In this document: in pieces, positions 12,269 through 23,246 of the stretch
Layout: the number at the start of each line of letters is the position of its first letter
How positions within the stretch are numbered: the stretch's first letter is position 1
Source: Myxococcales bacterium
Lineage (GTDB): Bacteria > Myxococcota_A > Polyangia > Polyangiales > Polyangiaceae
DNA length: 64,000 bases
Direction: 5' to 3'
NCBI GenBank assembly: GCA_043747615.1
Contig: JAYTOU010000023.1
Coordinates: forward strand, 32,001-96,000
Position numbers and translations under genes: made by a program
Notes under the pieces: generated by a model
Told to the model about the DNA's origin: nothing
Seen by the model: only the letters and a program-made list of their open reading frames with translations
The model's database searches: none

Positions 12269-12346
12269 CTCCACTACGATCTCGCGCGCCATGATGGCGG
12301 TATTGAGCGACTCGCTCAGCCCGCGAGCATGACGAATAGCGTGGAG
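12269..12346. repeat. Nested Y-shaped palindromic element between convergent genes
   Basis: CTCCAC/GTGGAG and CTCGCG/CGCGAG stems enclose CGCCATgATGGCG and TGAGCGAcTCGCTCA palindromes. Confidence 0.6.
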
Positions 12347-12368
12347 AGCCCTCCTCCCGATGGTCGGC

Positions 12369-15101
12369 CTAGTGGGCGAGGTTCCAGTTGATGCCGTGGC
12401 CGACGTCGACGACGAGAGGGACATCGAGCTTCATCGCCGACTCCATCTCCGAGGCGATCCGTTTCTCGGCCTCGGCGACGTGCTGCTCGGGCACCTCGAA
12501 GACGAGCTCGTCGTGAACGGTCAGGATCATCTTCGCGCCCGGCACGACTTCCATCGAGCCGAGCCTCACCATCGCCAGCTTCAAGATGTCCGCCGCGGTG
12601 CCTTGGATCGGCGTGTTCTTGGCGACGCGCTCGGCCTCGAAGCGGAGCCCCCGATTGGCCGAGTGCAGGTTGGGAAGAAAACGCCTTCGACCGAGAATGG
12701 TGCGCACCGCCTCCCCCTTTCGCGCCGCTTCCACCGTTTGCTCCATGAAGCGCGCGACCCCGTGATAGCGCTGGAAATAAGCCTCGATGAAGGAAGCGGC
12801 TTCGGCACGGGTGATGTCGAGCGACCGCGCGAGGGCCGAGTCGCCCATCCCGTAGATGACACCGAAGTTGATGGTCTTCGCGCGCCGCCGCATCTCGGAG
12901 GTGACGTCGCTTCTTGGGACGTTGAAGACGAGGCTCGCGGTGTGCGTGTGGACGTCCTCCTGCGAGGTGAATGCTTCGATCAGCTCCGGGTCCTTGGAGA
13001 GGTGAGCGAGGACGCGTAGCTCGATCTGCGAGTAGTCGGCGCTGATGAGGACGTGGTTCGGCGCGGGGATGAACGCGGCGCGGATCTCTCGACCGAGCTC
13101 GGTGCGAATCGGAATGTTCTGAAGGTTCGGATCGCTCGACGAGAGGCGGCCCGTCGCCGCGACCGTCTGGTCGTAGCGGGTGTGAATGCGTCCCGTTTCG
13201 GGGTGAATGCAGCGGGGAAGCGCGTCGATGTACGTTCCCTTCAACTTATCGATCTCGCGATACTCGCAGATCACCTTCGGGAGCGGATGCTTCTCGGCCA
13301 GCTCCTCGAGCACCTCGGCGTCGGTGGAGCGACCGCCCTTTGGCGTCTTCTTCAAGACCGGCAGCTTGAGCTCGTCGAAGAGAATCGTCTCCAGCTGATC
13401 TCGCGAGCGAACGGAGAAGTCACGACCCGCGATCTCGCGCGCCTTGGCCTCCAGATCCCGCAGCTCGATCGACACTCGCTTGGCGAGAGCGTCGAGCACT
13501 TTGGCGTCGACGAGGACGCCCGTCATCTCCATTTTCGCCAGGATGCGTGAGAGCGGAAGCTCCACGTCGCGCATCAGCGATCCTAGCCCTTCCCGCTCGA
13601 TCTGAGGCTCGAGCTTCGCGGCGAGCGAGACGCAGATCTCGGCTTCTGCGGCGGCGAGCGGTGCAGCTTCTTCCACTGGCAGATTCTCGAACTGCGACTG
13701 ATTCCCCTTTGCGGCCTTGAGCGGCCCTTCTCCGAAGACGCGCATCTCGATCCCCAGCGTCCGTCGGGCGAGCTCTCTCAGTGAGCTCGGCGTCTCGGGA
13801 TCGAGAAGGTACGTGGCGAGCATCGTGTCGAAGATCGGTCCGGCAAGAGCCACCCCTCTTCGGGCCAAAATAATCTCGTTGAACTTCAGCTGGTGCGACA
13901 CCTTGGTGATCGACGGATCGCGGAAGAGAGGAGCCAGCACCTCCATCGCCGCTGACCAATCGAGCTGCACCGGCGCGCCAAGGTAACGATGGGCAAGCGC
14001 AAGGTAGTGACCGTCGCCGGACGCGACCGAGAGGGAGATCCCGAGGACCGCCGCCGTCATCGGATCGGTCCCCGCGGTGACGATGTGGAAGCCGAGGAGC
14101 TTTTTTTCGCGGGCCATCAGGGCTATTTCTTCCAGTCGATCGCGGTTCGGCACGTGCGCGTACGCTCGCGTCACCGGCGCTGTCACTTCGATCTGATCGA
14201 GCATGCGCGAGAACTCGAGCTCCAAGAAAAGACGCCGGAGCTCGGCGGTGTTCGCGCCGCCGTAGGCAAGGTGCGCGTGATCCCAGAGCACGCCGGTGTC
14301 TTCCTTCAGCGTCACCAACACCTGACTGATGCGCGCGTCGGCCTCGTGCGTGGAGAGGGCCTCGCGCAGCTTCACCCGCTTGATCTTGTCGAGCGCGGCG
14401 TAGATGCCCTCGAGGGTGCCGAACTCGTTCAAAAGATCGCTCGCCGTCTTGGGACCCACGCTCGGCACACCGGGGACGTTGTCGGAGGTGTCTCCGGTGA
14501 GCGCCAAGAAATCGCGGACTTGACTGGGAGCAACACCAAACTTCGCGCGCACCTCCGCCGGGCCGTAGACCCGGTCGCGCATCGAGTCCCACAGCACGAC
14601 GTCGTCCGTCTCGTCGTCCACGAGCTGCATCAGATCTTTGTCGGCGCTGACGATGACGATGCGAAGCCCTTCTTTCACGGCCCGGCGCACCACGGAAGCG
14701 ATGAGGTCATCGGCCTCGATCCCCTCCTGCTGATAGATTGGAATGTTGTACGCGCGCACGAGCTCCTCGCAGCGCTTCATCTGCTGCGACAGATCTGGCG
14801 GCGGCGGTGGGCGATTGGATTTGTAGCGCGCGTCGAGCTCCTTGCGAAACGTCGGTCCTTTGGAGTCCATCGCCACCGCAAGGAACTGGGGCCGGCGATC
14901 GTTGACGACCTTCTGCAGCATGTTCACGGTGCCCATCACCGCATGCGTCGGCTCACCCTTTGACGACGAGAGAGGCGCGATGGCGTGGTAGGCGCGAAAG
15001 ACGTACCCGGAGAGATCGATCAGGTAGAGGACGTTGGGCGCTCCGGGCGCGGGGAGCTGCGAACCCGTTGACGCCGACGTGGAGGGTGAGGTGCGAGCCA
15101 T
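12369..15101 (-). CDS. polA: DNA polymerase I
   Basis: 5'-3' exonuclease (EADD, SADKD, GDTSDNVPGV); polymerase motifs ADYSQIELR, RRRAKTINFG, TVHDEL. Start set at ATG 15101. Confidence 0.97.
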   Translation of the reverse strand: MARTSPSTSASTGSQLPAPGAPNVLYLIDLSGYVFRAYHAIAPLSSSKGEPTHAVMGTVNMLQKVVNDRRPQFLAVAMDSKGPTFRKELDARYKSNRPPPPPDLSQQMKRCEELVRAYNIPIYQQEGIEADDLIASVVRRAVKEGLRIVIVSADKDLMQLVDDETDDVVLWDSMRDRVYGPAEVRAKFGVAPSQVRDFLALTGDTSDNVPGVPSVGPKTASDLLNEFGTLEGIYAALDKIKRVKLREALSTHEADARISQVLVTLKEDTGVLWDHAHLAYGGANTAELRRLFLELEFSRMLDQIEVTAPVTRAYAHVPNRDRLEEIALMAREKKLLGFHIVTAGTDPMTAAVLGISLSVASGDGHYLALAHRYLGAPVQLDWSAAMEVLAPLFRDPSITKVSHQLKFNEIILARRGVALAGPIFDTMLATYLLDPETPSSLRELARRTLGIEMRVFGEGPLKAAKGNQSQFENLPVEEAAPLAAAEAEICVSLAAKLEPQIEREGLGSLMRDVELPLSRILAKMEMTGVLVDAKVLDALAKRVSIELRDLEAKAREIAGRDFSVRSRDQLETILFDELKLPVLKKTPKGGRSTDAEVLEELAEKHPLPKVICEYREIDKLKGTYIDALPRCIHPETGRIHTRYDQTVAATGRLSSSDPNLQNIPIRTELGREIRAAFIPAPNHVLISADYSQIELRVLAHLSKDPELIEAFTSQEDVHTHTASLVFNVPRSDVTSEMRRRAKTINFGVIYGMGDSALARSLDITRAEAASFIEAYFQRYHGVARFMEQTVEAARKGEAVRTILGRRRFLPNLHSANRGLRFEAERVAKNTPIQGTAADILKLAMVRLGSMEVVPGAKMILTVHDELVFEVPEQHVAEAEKRIASEMESAMKLDVPLVVDVGHGINWNLAH

Positions 15102-15258
15102 TGGATCAGGGCTTGTGCGAGCGGCCCGCTTCAACGTCAAGCCAAGACGACCTTCGAGCGTGAAGCCGTGCACGTTCGTTCACGCGGTCCGCGAAGCAGC
15201 GATCACGGGGGCAACGGTAGGCGCCCGAGAATCCAGGTCGAAGCGCGGCCTCGATGGG

Positions 15259-15274
15259 TGGCGCGCTCATTGCT
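15259..15274 (+). promoter_or_regulatory. Putative sigma54 (-24/-12) promoter for the kinase/PEGA gene pair
   Basis: TGGCGCGCTCATTGCT = GG-N10-GC, close to the TGGCACG-N4-TTGCW consensus; intergenic. Confidence 0.6.
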
Positions 15275-15410
15275 GTTCCCACGCTGGAGCCGGAGCTGTT
15301 GTGTGGACGCTCAGGCTTCCTGCGGATACCCTTCAGCGGTAGCGATTTTTCGCGAAAGCTAACTCTTTCGGCCACTTCGTTCGTCTTACAACCCCGAGAC
15401 CCGTCTCAAA

Positions 15411-16994
15411 ATGTCCGAGGAACCCATCCAGCCCCCGTCAACGTCGCTCGTCGCTGGCAAATACGAGCTGCTCGGGATGATCGGGCGTGGCGGCATGGGG
15501 TCGGTCTGGGAAGGGCGTCACATCACCCTTGGCACCAAGGTCGCGATCAAATTCATCGAGAAGGAGTACGCGCAAAGCGAAGAAGCGCGCTCCCGGTTCG
15601 ACAACGAAGCGCGGGCCGCGGCGACGATTCAATCGAAGCACGCGATTCAGATTTTCGACCACGGCGTTACCGATGACGGCAAGCCGTACATCGTCATGGA
15701 AATGCTCGAAGGCGAGCCCCTCGACAAACGCCTCGAGCGCCTCGGCCGCATGCCCCTCCAGGAGGTGGCGCGCGTTCTGTCGCAGGTGTGCCGTGCTCTC
15801 TACCGAGCGCACGAGCGAGGCATCGTCCACCGAGACTTGAAGCCCGAGAACATTTTCCTCGTGCGCACGCAGGACGACGACGAAGACGTCGCCAAGGTCC
15901 TCGACTTCGGCATCGCGAAGATCCGCGGCCCGGGTGGGCAGTCGCTCTCGAACAGCACGAAGACGGGCGCGGTGCTGGGAACGCCGTATTACATGTCGCC
16001 CGAGCAGGCGCGCGGTCTGCGCAACATCGACCACCGAACCGATCTCTGGTCGCTCGGGGTCATTGTCTTCAAGTGCGTTACGGGCGTCCTCCCCTTCGAG
16101 GGAGAATCGCTCGGCGACCTGCTCGTGAAGATTTGCACGACGCCCATCCCCGTGCCTTCCCAAGTGCTGCCCGGTCTGCCTCCCATGTTCGACGCGTGGT
16201 TCGCGCGTGCACTCGATCGCGATCCGACGAAGCGCTTCGCGAACGCTCAAGAGCTGGCCGACGCGCTCTCCTACGCATGCGGCATCAGCGTCCGCCGCCC
16301 GGCCCCGTCGGGCGTGCAAAATCAGGAGATCGGGAACGCACGAACGATCGCAAGTACGCCCCCGCCGGGCTTCTCCCCGTCCCAGTCGCGGTCCCAATCG
16401 AGGCCGGGCTACGGATCAGGCGGCGTCGGCGGCAACTCGGTGCCCACGGAGTATCCGACCGACGGCGCGCGGCACTCGGCCCAGTCAGGATTTCCCCAGC
16501 AGCGCGGGCCCAACGGCACGGCGGCACCGTTCACCGCGTCGTCCCCGCCGATGCGCAGTGGATCGAGCGGCGCTCTTGTCGCGGTGATCGCCATTGCTGC
16601 AGCGCTCCTTGGGGGAGTGCTGATTCTGCTCCTCGTGGGAAACCGCAAAAACACGCCGACGTCCGTGCTCGCGGGGCCCTCCGGCATGACGGTCGTTGCA
16701 CCCAGCGTCTCCGTCCAGGTCTCCTCGCCGCCCGCTACGCCGCCGCTTCCGCCGGTCGATCTCACAGGTCCCGCGCTCGCGGTGGCCCCGCCGGCGAGCG
16801 CCGCCAAGGTCACTCCCGCCGCAAGTACACGTCCACGTGGCGGAAGGCCTCCGGCTCCGTCCCCGCAGCCGCCCGTTGGCGCCGCGGTGGTGCTGAACCG
16901 TCCACCTCAGGGCGTAACGATCTCACCTGCGCCTGGCACGCAGGCCGTGCCCCCTCAGGGAAAGCAGAGCACCCCCAGTGATCCCGGATTTTAA
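15411..16994 (+). CDS. Membrane-bound Hanks-type Ser/Thr protein kinase
   Basis: GRGGMG, VAIK, HRDLKPEN, DFG, YMSPEQ; one TM; Pro-rich extracytoplasmic tail ending DPGF. Confidence 0.95.
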   Translation: MSEEPIQPPSTSLVAGKYELLGMIGRGGMGSVWEGRHITLGTKVAIKFIEKEYAQSEEARSRFDNEARAAATIQSKHAIQIFDHGVTDDGKPYIVMEMLEGEPLDKRLERLGRMPLQEVARVLSQVCRALYRAHERGIVHRDLKPENIFLVRTQDDDEDVAKVLDFGIAKIRGPGGQSLSNSTKTGAVLGTPYYMSPEQARGLRNIDHRTDLWSLGVIVFKCVTGVLPFEGESLGDLLVKICTTPIPVPSQVLPGLPPMFDAWFARALDRDPTKRFANAQELADALSYACGISVRRPAPSGVQNQEIGNARTIASTPPPGFSPSQSRSQSRPGYGSGGVGGNSVPTEYPTDGARHSAQSGFPQQRGPNGTAAPFTASSPPMRSGSSGALVAVIAIAAALLGGVLILLLVGNRKNTPTSVLAGPSGMTVVAPSVSVQVSSPPATPPLPPVDLTGPALAVAPPASAAKVTPAASTRPRGGRPPAPSPQPPVGAAVVLNRPPQGVTISPAPGTQAVPPQGKQSTPSDPGF

Positions 16995-17074
16995 CTTCGG
17001 GCCTCGCGGAAACGCTAGAGTCGCACTCCTCAGACGGCGTGCAAGGAACGGCGCGGTCGACTAGGGGTCTTCTG

Positions 17075-18451
17075 ATGCGTCTGTCTTTATCTTCAATCGT
17101 TCTAGCCCTCGCACTGGGCGCGGCCGTGTTCACCGCTCCCGACAGAGCCTTCGCGCAGACCACGAGCGACAGCGATCGCGCGGCCGCTCGCGAGCTTTAT
17201 TTTGCGGGCGTCGCCCTCCAAGACGCCGGAAAGTTCGGAGACGCGCTCGACAAGTTCTCCCGGGCCAACCAGGTCGTCAACGCGCCCACGAACCTCCTGC
17301 GTATGGCCGAGTGTGAGGCGATGCTCGGCAGGCTGGTCGAGTCGAGGGAGCATTACCGCACGGCCATGCGCATGAATCTCCCGCCCGACGCGCCCGCCGC
17401 GCTGAAGAACGCCCAAGAGCAAGCGGCGCAGGAAGTGAAGGGCGTCGAGTCGCGCGTCCCCGAGCTTAAGATCGAGGTGACCCCAGCCAACGTACCCACG
17501 CTCACGGTGACCATCGACGATCAGCCGCTGAACTCCGCGCTCGTCGGTGTCGCTCGGCCGATCAACCCGGGCAGCCACCGCGTGGCCGCGTCCGCTCCCG
17601 GCTATACGCGCGCCGAACAGACGATCGACGTCAAAGAGCGCGCGAAGCAGACGATCACGCTCACGCTCCAGAGCACCGGCGGCGTGGTCTACGGGCCGGC
17701 TGGCGGCGTCACCGTCCAAGGCCCCCCGACGCAAGGTACCGCCACCGCCCAACCGACGGCGCAGCCCGGTGTCGAGGCGGCCCCGAGCGACAAACCCCCT
17801 GTCTACAAGACTCCCAAGGACACCCGCTCGCAGTCGAGCATCCTCCTTGGGCTCCGCGTTGGCGCCTCCGTCCCGGTCGGCGACATCCCCAACGACGACG
17901 TGGTGGGCGCCGAAAACCGGAAGGTCAGCGACATCTCCGGGGTCGGCGTCGGCGGCGGCATCGAAGGTCATTTTCGATTCGCGCGCACCTTCACCTTCGG
18001 GCTCCTCCTCGAAGGCGTGAAGTTCGGTACCAAGCCGCTGGCGGGAACGACCAACGAGACCACCTCGACCACGGGGCTCCTCATGGGCACCGTCGGTTGG
18101 CTGTCGAATCCGGACGGCGTCGGATTCTGGCCGGAGCTGGGCGTCGGGTATCGCGTGTATAATGCAACGATTGCCTCCAGCGCGTCCAGCGCCACGAACA
18201 TCGACGTGTCGAAGGGCGGCCTGGAGTTCATGATCGGCGCCGGCGTCCACATCCGCGCGGGCAGCCACGTGCGCATCGTCCCCAAGATCGAAATCGACTT
18301 CGGCGGCTTCTCGAAGACCGTGGCCACCGCCAGCGACGTAGGTGCCCAGCACGTGTTCGTCTTCCTCGGAATGGGGGGCTACTTCGATATCGACCTCGAT
18401 AAACACCCCATCATCGAGCCTCCGACAGACATGCCCAAAACCAAGCTTTAA
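17075..18451 (+). CDS. Exported TPR + PEGA protein with C-terminal beta-barrel-like domain
   Basis: Signal peptide; helical repeat; PEGA-like 'INPGSHRVAASAPGY'; alternating Gly/aromatic beta-strands at the C-terminus. Confidence 0.7.
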   Translation: MRLSLSSIVLALALGAAVFTAPDRAFAQTTSDSDRAAARELYFAGVALQDAGKFGDALDKFSRANQVVNAPTNLLRMAECEAMLGRLVESREHYRTAMRMNLPPDAPAALKNAQEQAAQEVKGVESRVPELKIEVTPANVPTLTVTIDDQPLNSALVGVARPINPGSHRVAASAPGYTRAEQTIDVKERAKQTITLTLQSTGGVVYGPAGGVTVQGPPTQGTATAQPTAQPGVEAAPSDKPPVYKTPKDTRSQSSILLGLRVGASVPVGDIPNDDVVGAENRKVSDISGVGVGGGIEGHFRFARTFTFGLLLEGVKFGTKPLAGTTNETTSTTGLLMGTVGWLSNPDGVGFWPELGVGYRVYNATIASSASSATNIDVSKGGLEFMIGAGVHIRAGSHVRIVPKIEIDFGGFSKTVATASDVGAQHVFVFLGMGGYFDIDLDKHPIIEPPTDMPKTKL

Positions 18452-18553
18452 TTTGCTGTTTGACGCGGCTTAGCGCGGCGCGTCGGACAAAGGGATGCAA
18501 CGATTTACAACTTGGTGACAAAGCTCACCTGCGCCGGTGCTTAGCTCCTCTGC

Positions 18554-20092
<1,539 letters not shown>

Positions 20093-20229
20093 GGGCCGGA
20101 AGCAAGCTTTTTTCACCCTCGCTGGAACCACGTCCGTCGCAGGGTGAGAAGCCGAGTTTCGGCTGGCGCGACGGCGAATAGGCCGTTTACTATTGGGGTC
20201 ATGGCCTTTCGGGGGGGAACGAGACGATC

Positions 20230-20628
20230 ATGACCAAAGCGGAGATCGTCCAAGCTCTGTACACGCGCGTCGGCGGCTTCTCGAAGAAGGAGTCGGCAGA
20301 CATCGTCGACTTGGTTTTCGAGATGATGAAAGAAACGCTCGGCAAGGGTGAGAAGATCAAGATCAGCGGTTTCGGCAACTTTGTTTTGCGCGACAAGCGG
20401 CAGCGCCCCGGACGAAACCCGCAGACGGGCGACCCCATCAAGATCAGCGAGCGCCGCGTCCTCACGTTCAAGGCCAGCCAGATCCTCAAGCAGGCCCTCA
20501 ACGTTCGCAACGCCGCACGGTCCATCGACGGACACGCGACCAACGGCGCCGCCATGACCGGCGCTCCCGCACCGAGCTCCCCCGCCGCTACGGGGGCGCT
20601 CCTCTCCTCCGCAGGCTCCAAGGAATAG
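20230..20628 (+). CDS. ihfA: Integration host factor alpha subunit (with low-complexity C-terminal tail)
   Basis: [35 protein letters not shown]; followed by MerR gene, as is typical for ihfA. Confidence 0.9.
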   Translation: MTKAEIVQALYTRVGGFSKKESADIVDLVFEMMKETLGKGEKIKISGFGNFVLRDKRQRPGRNPQTGDPIKISERRVLTFKASQILKQALNVRNAARSIDGHATNGAAMTGAPAPSSPAATGALLSSAGSKE

Positions 20629-20636
20629 TCGAAGAC

Positions 20637-21143
20637 ATGTCAGGCGGTTCGGCTCCGACTCGGGGCGGCGGCGGGCTGCCGGCGAAGCTTTATTTTCGAA
20701 TTGGCGAGGTCTCCTCCCTCGTTGGCGTCGAGCCGCACGTCCTTCGCTATTGGGAGCGCGAGTTCCGGAGCATTCGGCCGACGAAGAGCGCGAAGGGCCA
20801 GCGGGTCTATTCGCGTCGCGACGTCGAAAATCTCATGCGCGTCCGCGAGCTCCTTTACGCGGAAGGCTTCACGATCGCCGGCGCGAAAAAGAAGCTTCAA
20901 AAGACGGGTCTAGAGCCCTTTGCCATCGTGCCTGTCGAGACGCCCGCAGAGACGCCTGTCGAGACGCCTGCAGAGTTGCCGGCAGCAGAGACGGAGCTTG
21001 CCGCAGCCCGGTCGAGCCTCGAAGCGACCGGTTCCATCGCACGGGATCACACCCGAATGCGCGCGAGCCTGACCGAGCTGCGCACCGAAATCGAAGCGTT
21101 CCTCGACGAGCTCGGCACGGCCCCGCATTCTCCTTCGCCGTAG
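20637..21143 (+). CDS. MerR-family transcriptional regulator
   Basis: [27 protein letters not shown] motifs. Confidence 0.9.
   Translation: MSGGSAPTRGGGGLPAKLYFRIGEVSSLVGVEPHVLRYWEREFRSIRPTKSAKGQRVYSRRDVENLMRVRELLYAEGFTIAGAKKKLQKTGLEPFAIVPVETPAETPVETPAELPAAETELAAARSSLEATGSIARDHTRMRASLTELRTEIEAFLDELGTAPHSPSP
20931..20978 (+). repeat. 24-bp imperfect tandem duplication in merR ([16 protein letters not shown])
   Basis: cctgtcgagacgcccgcagagacg / cctgtcgagacgcctgcagagttg. Confidence 0.75.
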
Positions 21144-21205
21144 TCGCGCTTCATGCACGATTGGGCTTAGCGTCGGCGGAAGAGGACGTGTTACAAGGCG
21201 GCGAC

Positions 21206-23239
21206 ATGATTGGCCACGCGCCCCCCTTCGTGCTCGCTCTGGCGTTCGCCGGCACACTCGCTTTCCCTCTCGTAGCGCACGCGCAAACAGCCGGAGCCGC
21301 TGGCACCGCGCCTGCGACCAGCTCGCCGTCGGGTGCGACTCCGCAAGGGTCAGCGCCGCCTGCGGCACCGGGCGACTCGCTCATCCCAGCGAATCCGCCC
21401 ACTACCGGTGCGGCCGTTTCGCTCAGCGGTCCGGCCGCAGTCAATCCAACGACCGACGCACAATCGCTTACCGCCCAGGGCAAAGAGCGCCCCTCGAACG
21501 ATGGATCGGTCGGCGCAAAGCCGAGCGACGTGTACAGCGAAGACTGGTGGGGTCGCACGCGCCCGGTCCTCGAGCTGCACGGATATTTCCGCACGCGCGG
21601 CGAGCTCCTTCACAACTTCGCCCTCGGTCGACACAACGCGCCCGGCTCGGATCCGCAGAACCTGTGGCCGCAGCCGATCGACCATTCGTACACCGACTCG
21701 AGCGGCGTCGCCCACAACGTCCTGCTCTGCGGCTCGAACACCGACGCGCAACCGACAGCCTGCCAGGACAAGACCCAGGCCTCGGCGAACCTCCGCTTCC
21801 GCATCAATCCCGAGCTGCACATCTCCGACAACCTGCGGATCATGTCGCAGATCGACGCGCTCGATAATCTCGTTCTCGGCTCGACGCCCGACGCGTACGC
21901 CATCCAGCCGAGCGGAAAAACCGCGAACGGATACGCGCCTGCCGGCAATGGTTACAACGGCTACGCGCCGCTCGGCGCTTTTTCGACGACCCAAGGCGCG
22001 CCGACAGCAGGCGTCAACGGCCACCGCAACTCGATCGACGTGAAGCGCGCGTGGGCCGAGTACATGACCCCCGTCGGGCAAGTGCGCTTCGGTCGAATGC
22101 CGAGCCACTGGGGTCTCGGAATGCTCGCCAACGCGGGCGACGGGCTCGACTCCGACTACCAGACGAACGTCGACCGCATCATGTTCGTCACGGGAATCAA
22201 GTCCCTCGATCTCTACGCGGGCGGCGCGTGGGACTTCATCTCCTCGGGGCAGACCAGCGCGTCACCCTACGACGTCTACGGCGGGCAGCCCTACAACACG
22301 AATAACCTCTCGAACGTCAACGAGTACGTCCTCTTCGTCGCCCGGCGCATGAATCCCGAGCTTCAGCGCTTGTCGCTCTCGCGCAACGACGTGGTCTTGA
22401 ACGGCGGCATCTACGCCGTCTACCGCTCGCAATACCTCGACGTCGACACCACCCAGAGCCCCAACCCGCTCACCCAAAATACGGCAGGCAACAACAACGG
22501 CCTCCAGCGCCGCGGCGCGTACGCCTTCATCCCCGACCTCTGGGTCCAGGCTTTGTGGAAGAAATTCCGCTTTGAGGCCGAGCTCGCGACGATCTACGGA
22601 AGCATCCAGCAAACCCCGCAGAGCGCCGACATCGCCAATCCGATCAAGGTGCGTCAGTGGGGACTCACCACCCAGACCGAGTTCAAGGCCATCGAGGACA
22701 AGCTTCGCCTCAACTTCGGCTTCGGCTGGGCGAGCGGAGACCCGTGGGTGCAGAGCCTCAACCCCGGCTCCACCGGCCTTCAGCCCGAGCTCAACACCCG
22801 CGGCCCCATCGGAACCTTCCGCTTCAACCCGGCCTACACGGTCGACTTGATCTTCTTCCGGAAGATCCTCTCGCGCGTCGAAGGGGCCTATTATTTCCGG
22901 CCTTCCGTCGAGTACGACTTTTTGCGAAATCCGAACGGACAGAAATTTGGCGGAGGCGCGGCAATCATCTGGAGCCGCGCGAGCGAGTTCGTCCAGACCC
23001 CCGGTCACAAGCGCGATCTCGGAGTGGAGCTCGACCTCAACATTTATTATCAAGCCAAGGACGGCTCGCTCAACGACGACCCCGAGAAGATTGGCGGCTT
23101 CTACACGATGCTCCAGTACGGCGTCTTCTTCCCCCTCGGCGGCCTCAACTACCTCCCCGGCGAACAGACCCAGGCGCTCCCAAACTGGGATACGTCGAGC
23201 GCGCAGACGATCCGACTCTTCCTGGGCGTCGTATACTGA
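21206..23239 (+). CDS. TIGR04551-like myxobacterial outer-membrane beta-barrel protein
   Basis: Signal peptide; LELHGYFRTR, ANLRFRINP, VKRAWAEYMTPVGQVRFGRMPSHWGLG; terminal aromatic residue (Y). Confidence 0.75.
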   Translation: MIGHAPPFVLALAFAGTLAFPLVAHAQTAGAAGTAPATSSPSGATPQGSAPPAAPGDSLIPANPPTTGAAVSLSGPAAVNPTTDAQSLTAQGKERPSNDGSVGAKPSDVYSEDWWGRTRPVLELHGYFRTRGELLHNFALGRHNAPGSDPQNLWPQPIDHSYTDSSGVAHNVLLCGSNTDAQPTACQDKTQASANLRFRINPELHISDNLRIMSQIDALDNLVLGSTPDAYAIQPSGKTANGYAPAGNGYNGYAPLGAFSTTQGAPTAGVNGHRNSIDVKRAWAEYMTPVGQVRFGRMPSHWGLGMLANAGDGLDSDYQTNVDRIMFVTGIKSLDLYAGGAWDFISSGQTSASPYDVYGGQPYNTNNLSNVNEYVLFVARRMNPELQRLSLSRNDVVLNGGIYAVYRSQYLDVDTTQSPNPLTQNTAGNNNGLQRRGAYAFIPDLWVQALWKKFRFEAELATIYGSIQQTPQSADIANPIKVRQWGLTTQTEFKAIEDKLRLNFGFGWASGDPWVQSLNPGSTGLQPELNTRGPIGTFRFNPAYTVDLIFFRKILSRVEGAYYFRPSVEYDFLRNPNGQKFGGGAAIIWSRASEFVQTPGHKRDLGVELDLNIYYQAKDGSLNDDPEKIGGFYTMLQYGVFFPLGGLNYLPGEQTQALPNWDTSSAQTIRLFLGVVY

Positions 23240-23246
23240 GGCGGAC

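Noticed and set aside
12262..12350. Minus-strand peptide 'GLSESLNTAIMA' resembling the SpoU/TrmH ESLN motif
   Set aside because: Only four residues match, with no other SpoU motif; the palindromic structure explains the region better.
20750..21205. ORF-track N-terminal extensions (also 22947, 23665, 25152, 37529, 59718, 59820, 63206)
   Set aside because: They overlap neighbouring genes; signal peptides or family N-termini begin at the downstream starts used here.
21143..21206. tRNA-Pro often found after ihfA-merR
   Set aside because: Gap is only about 62 nt with no tRNA features.
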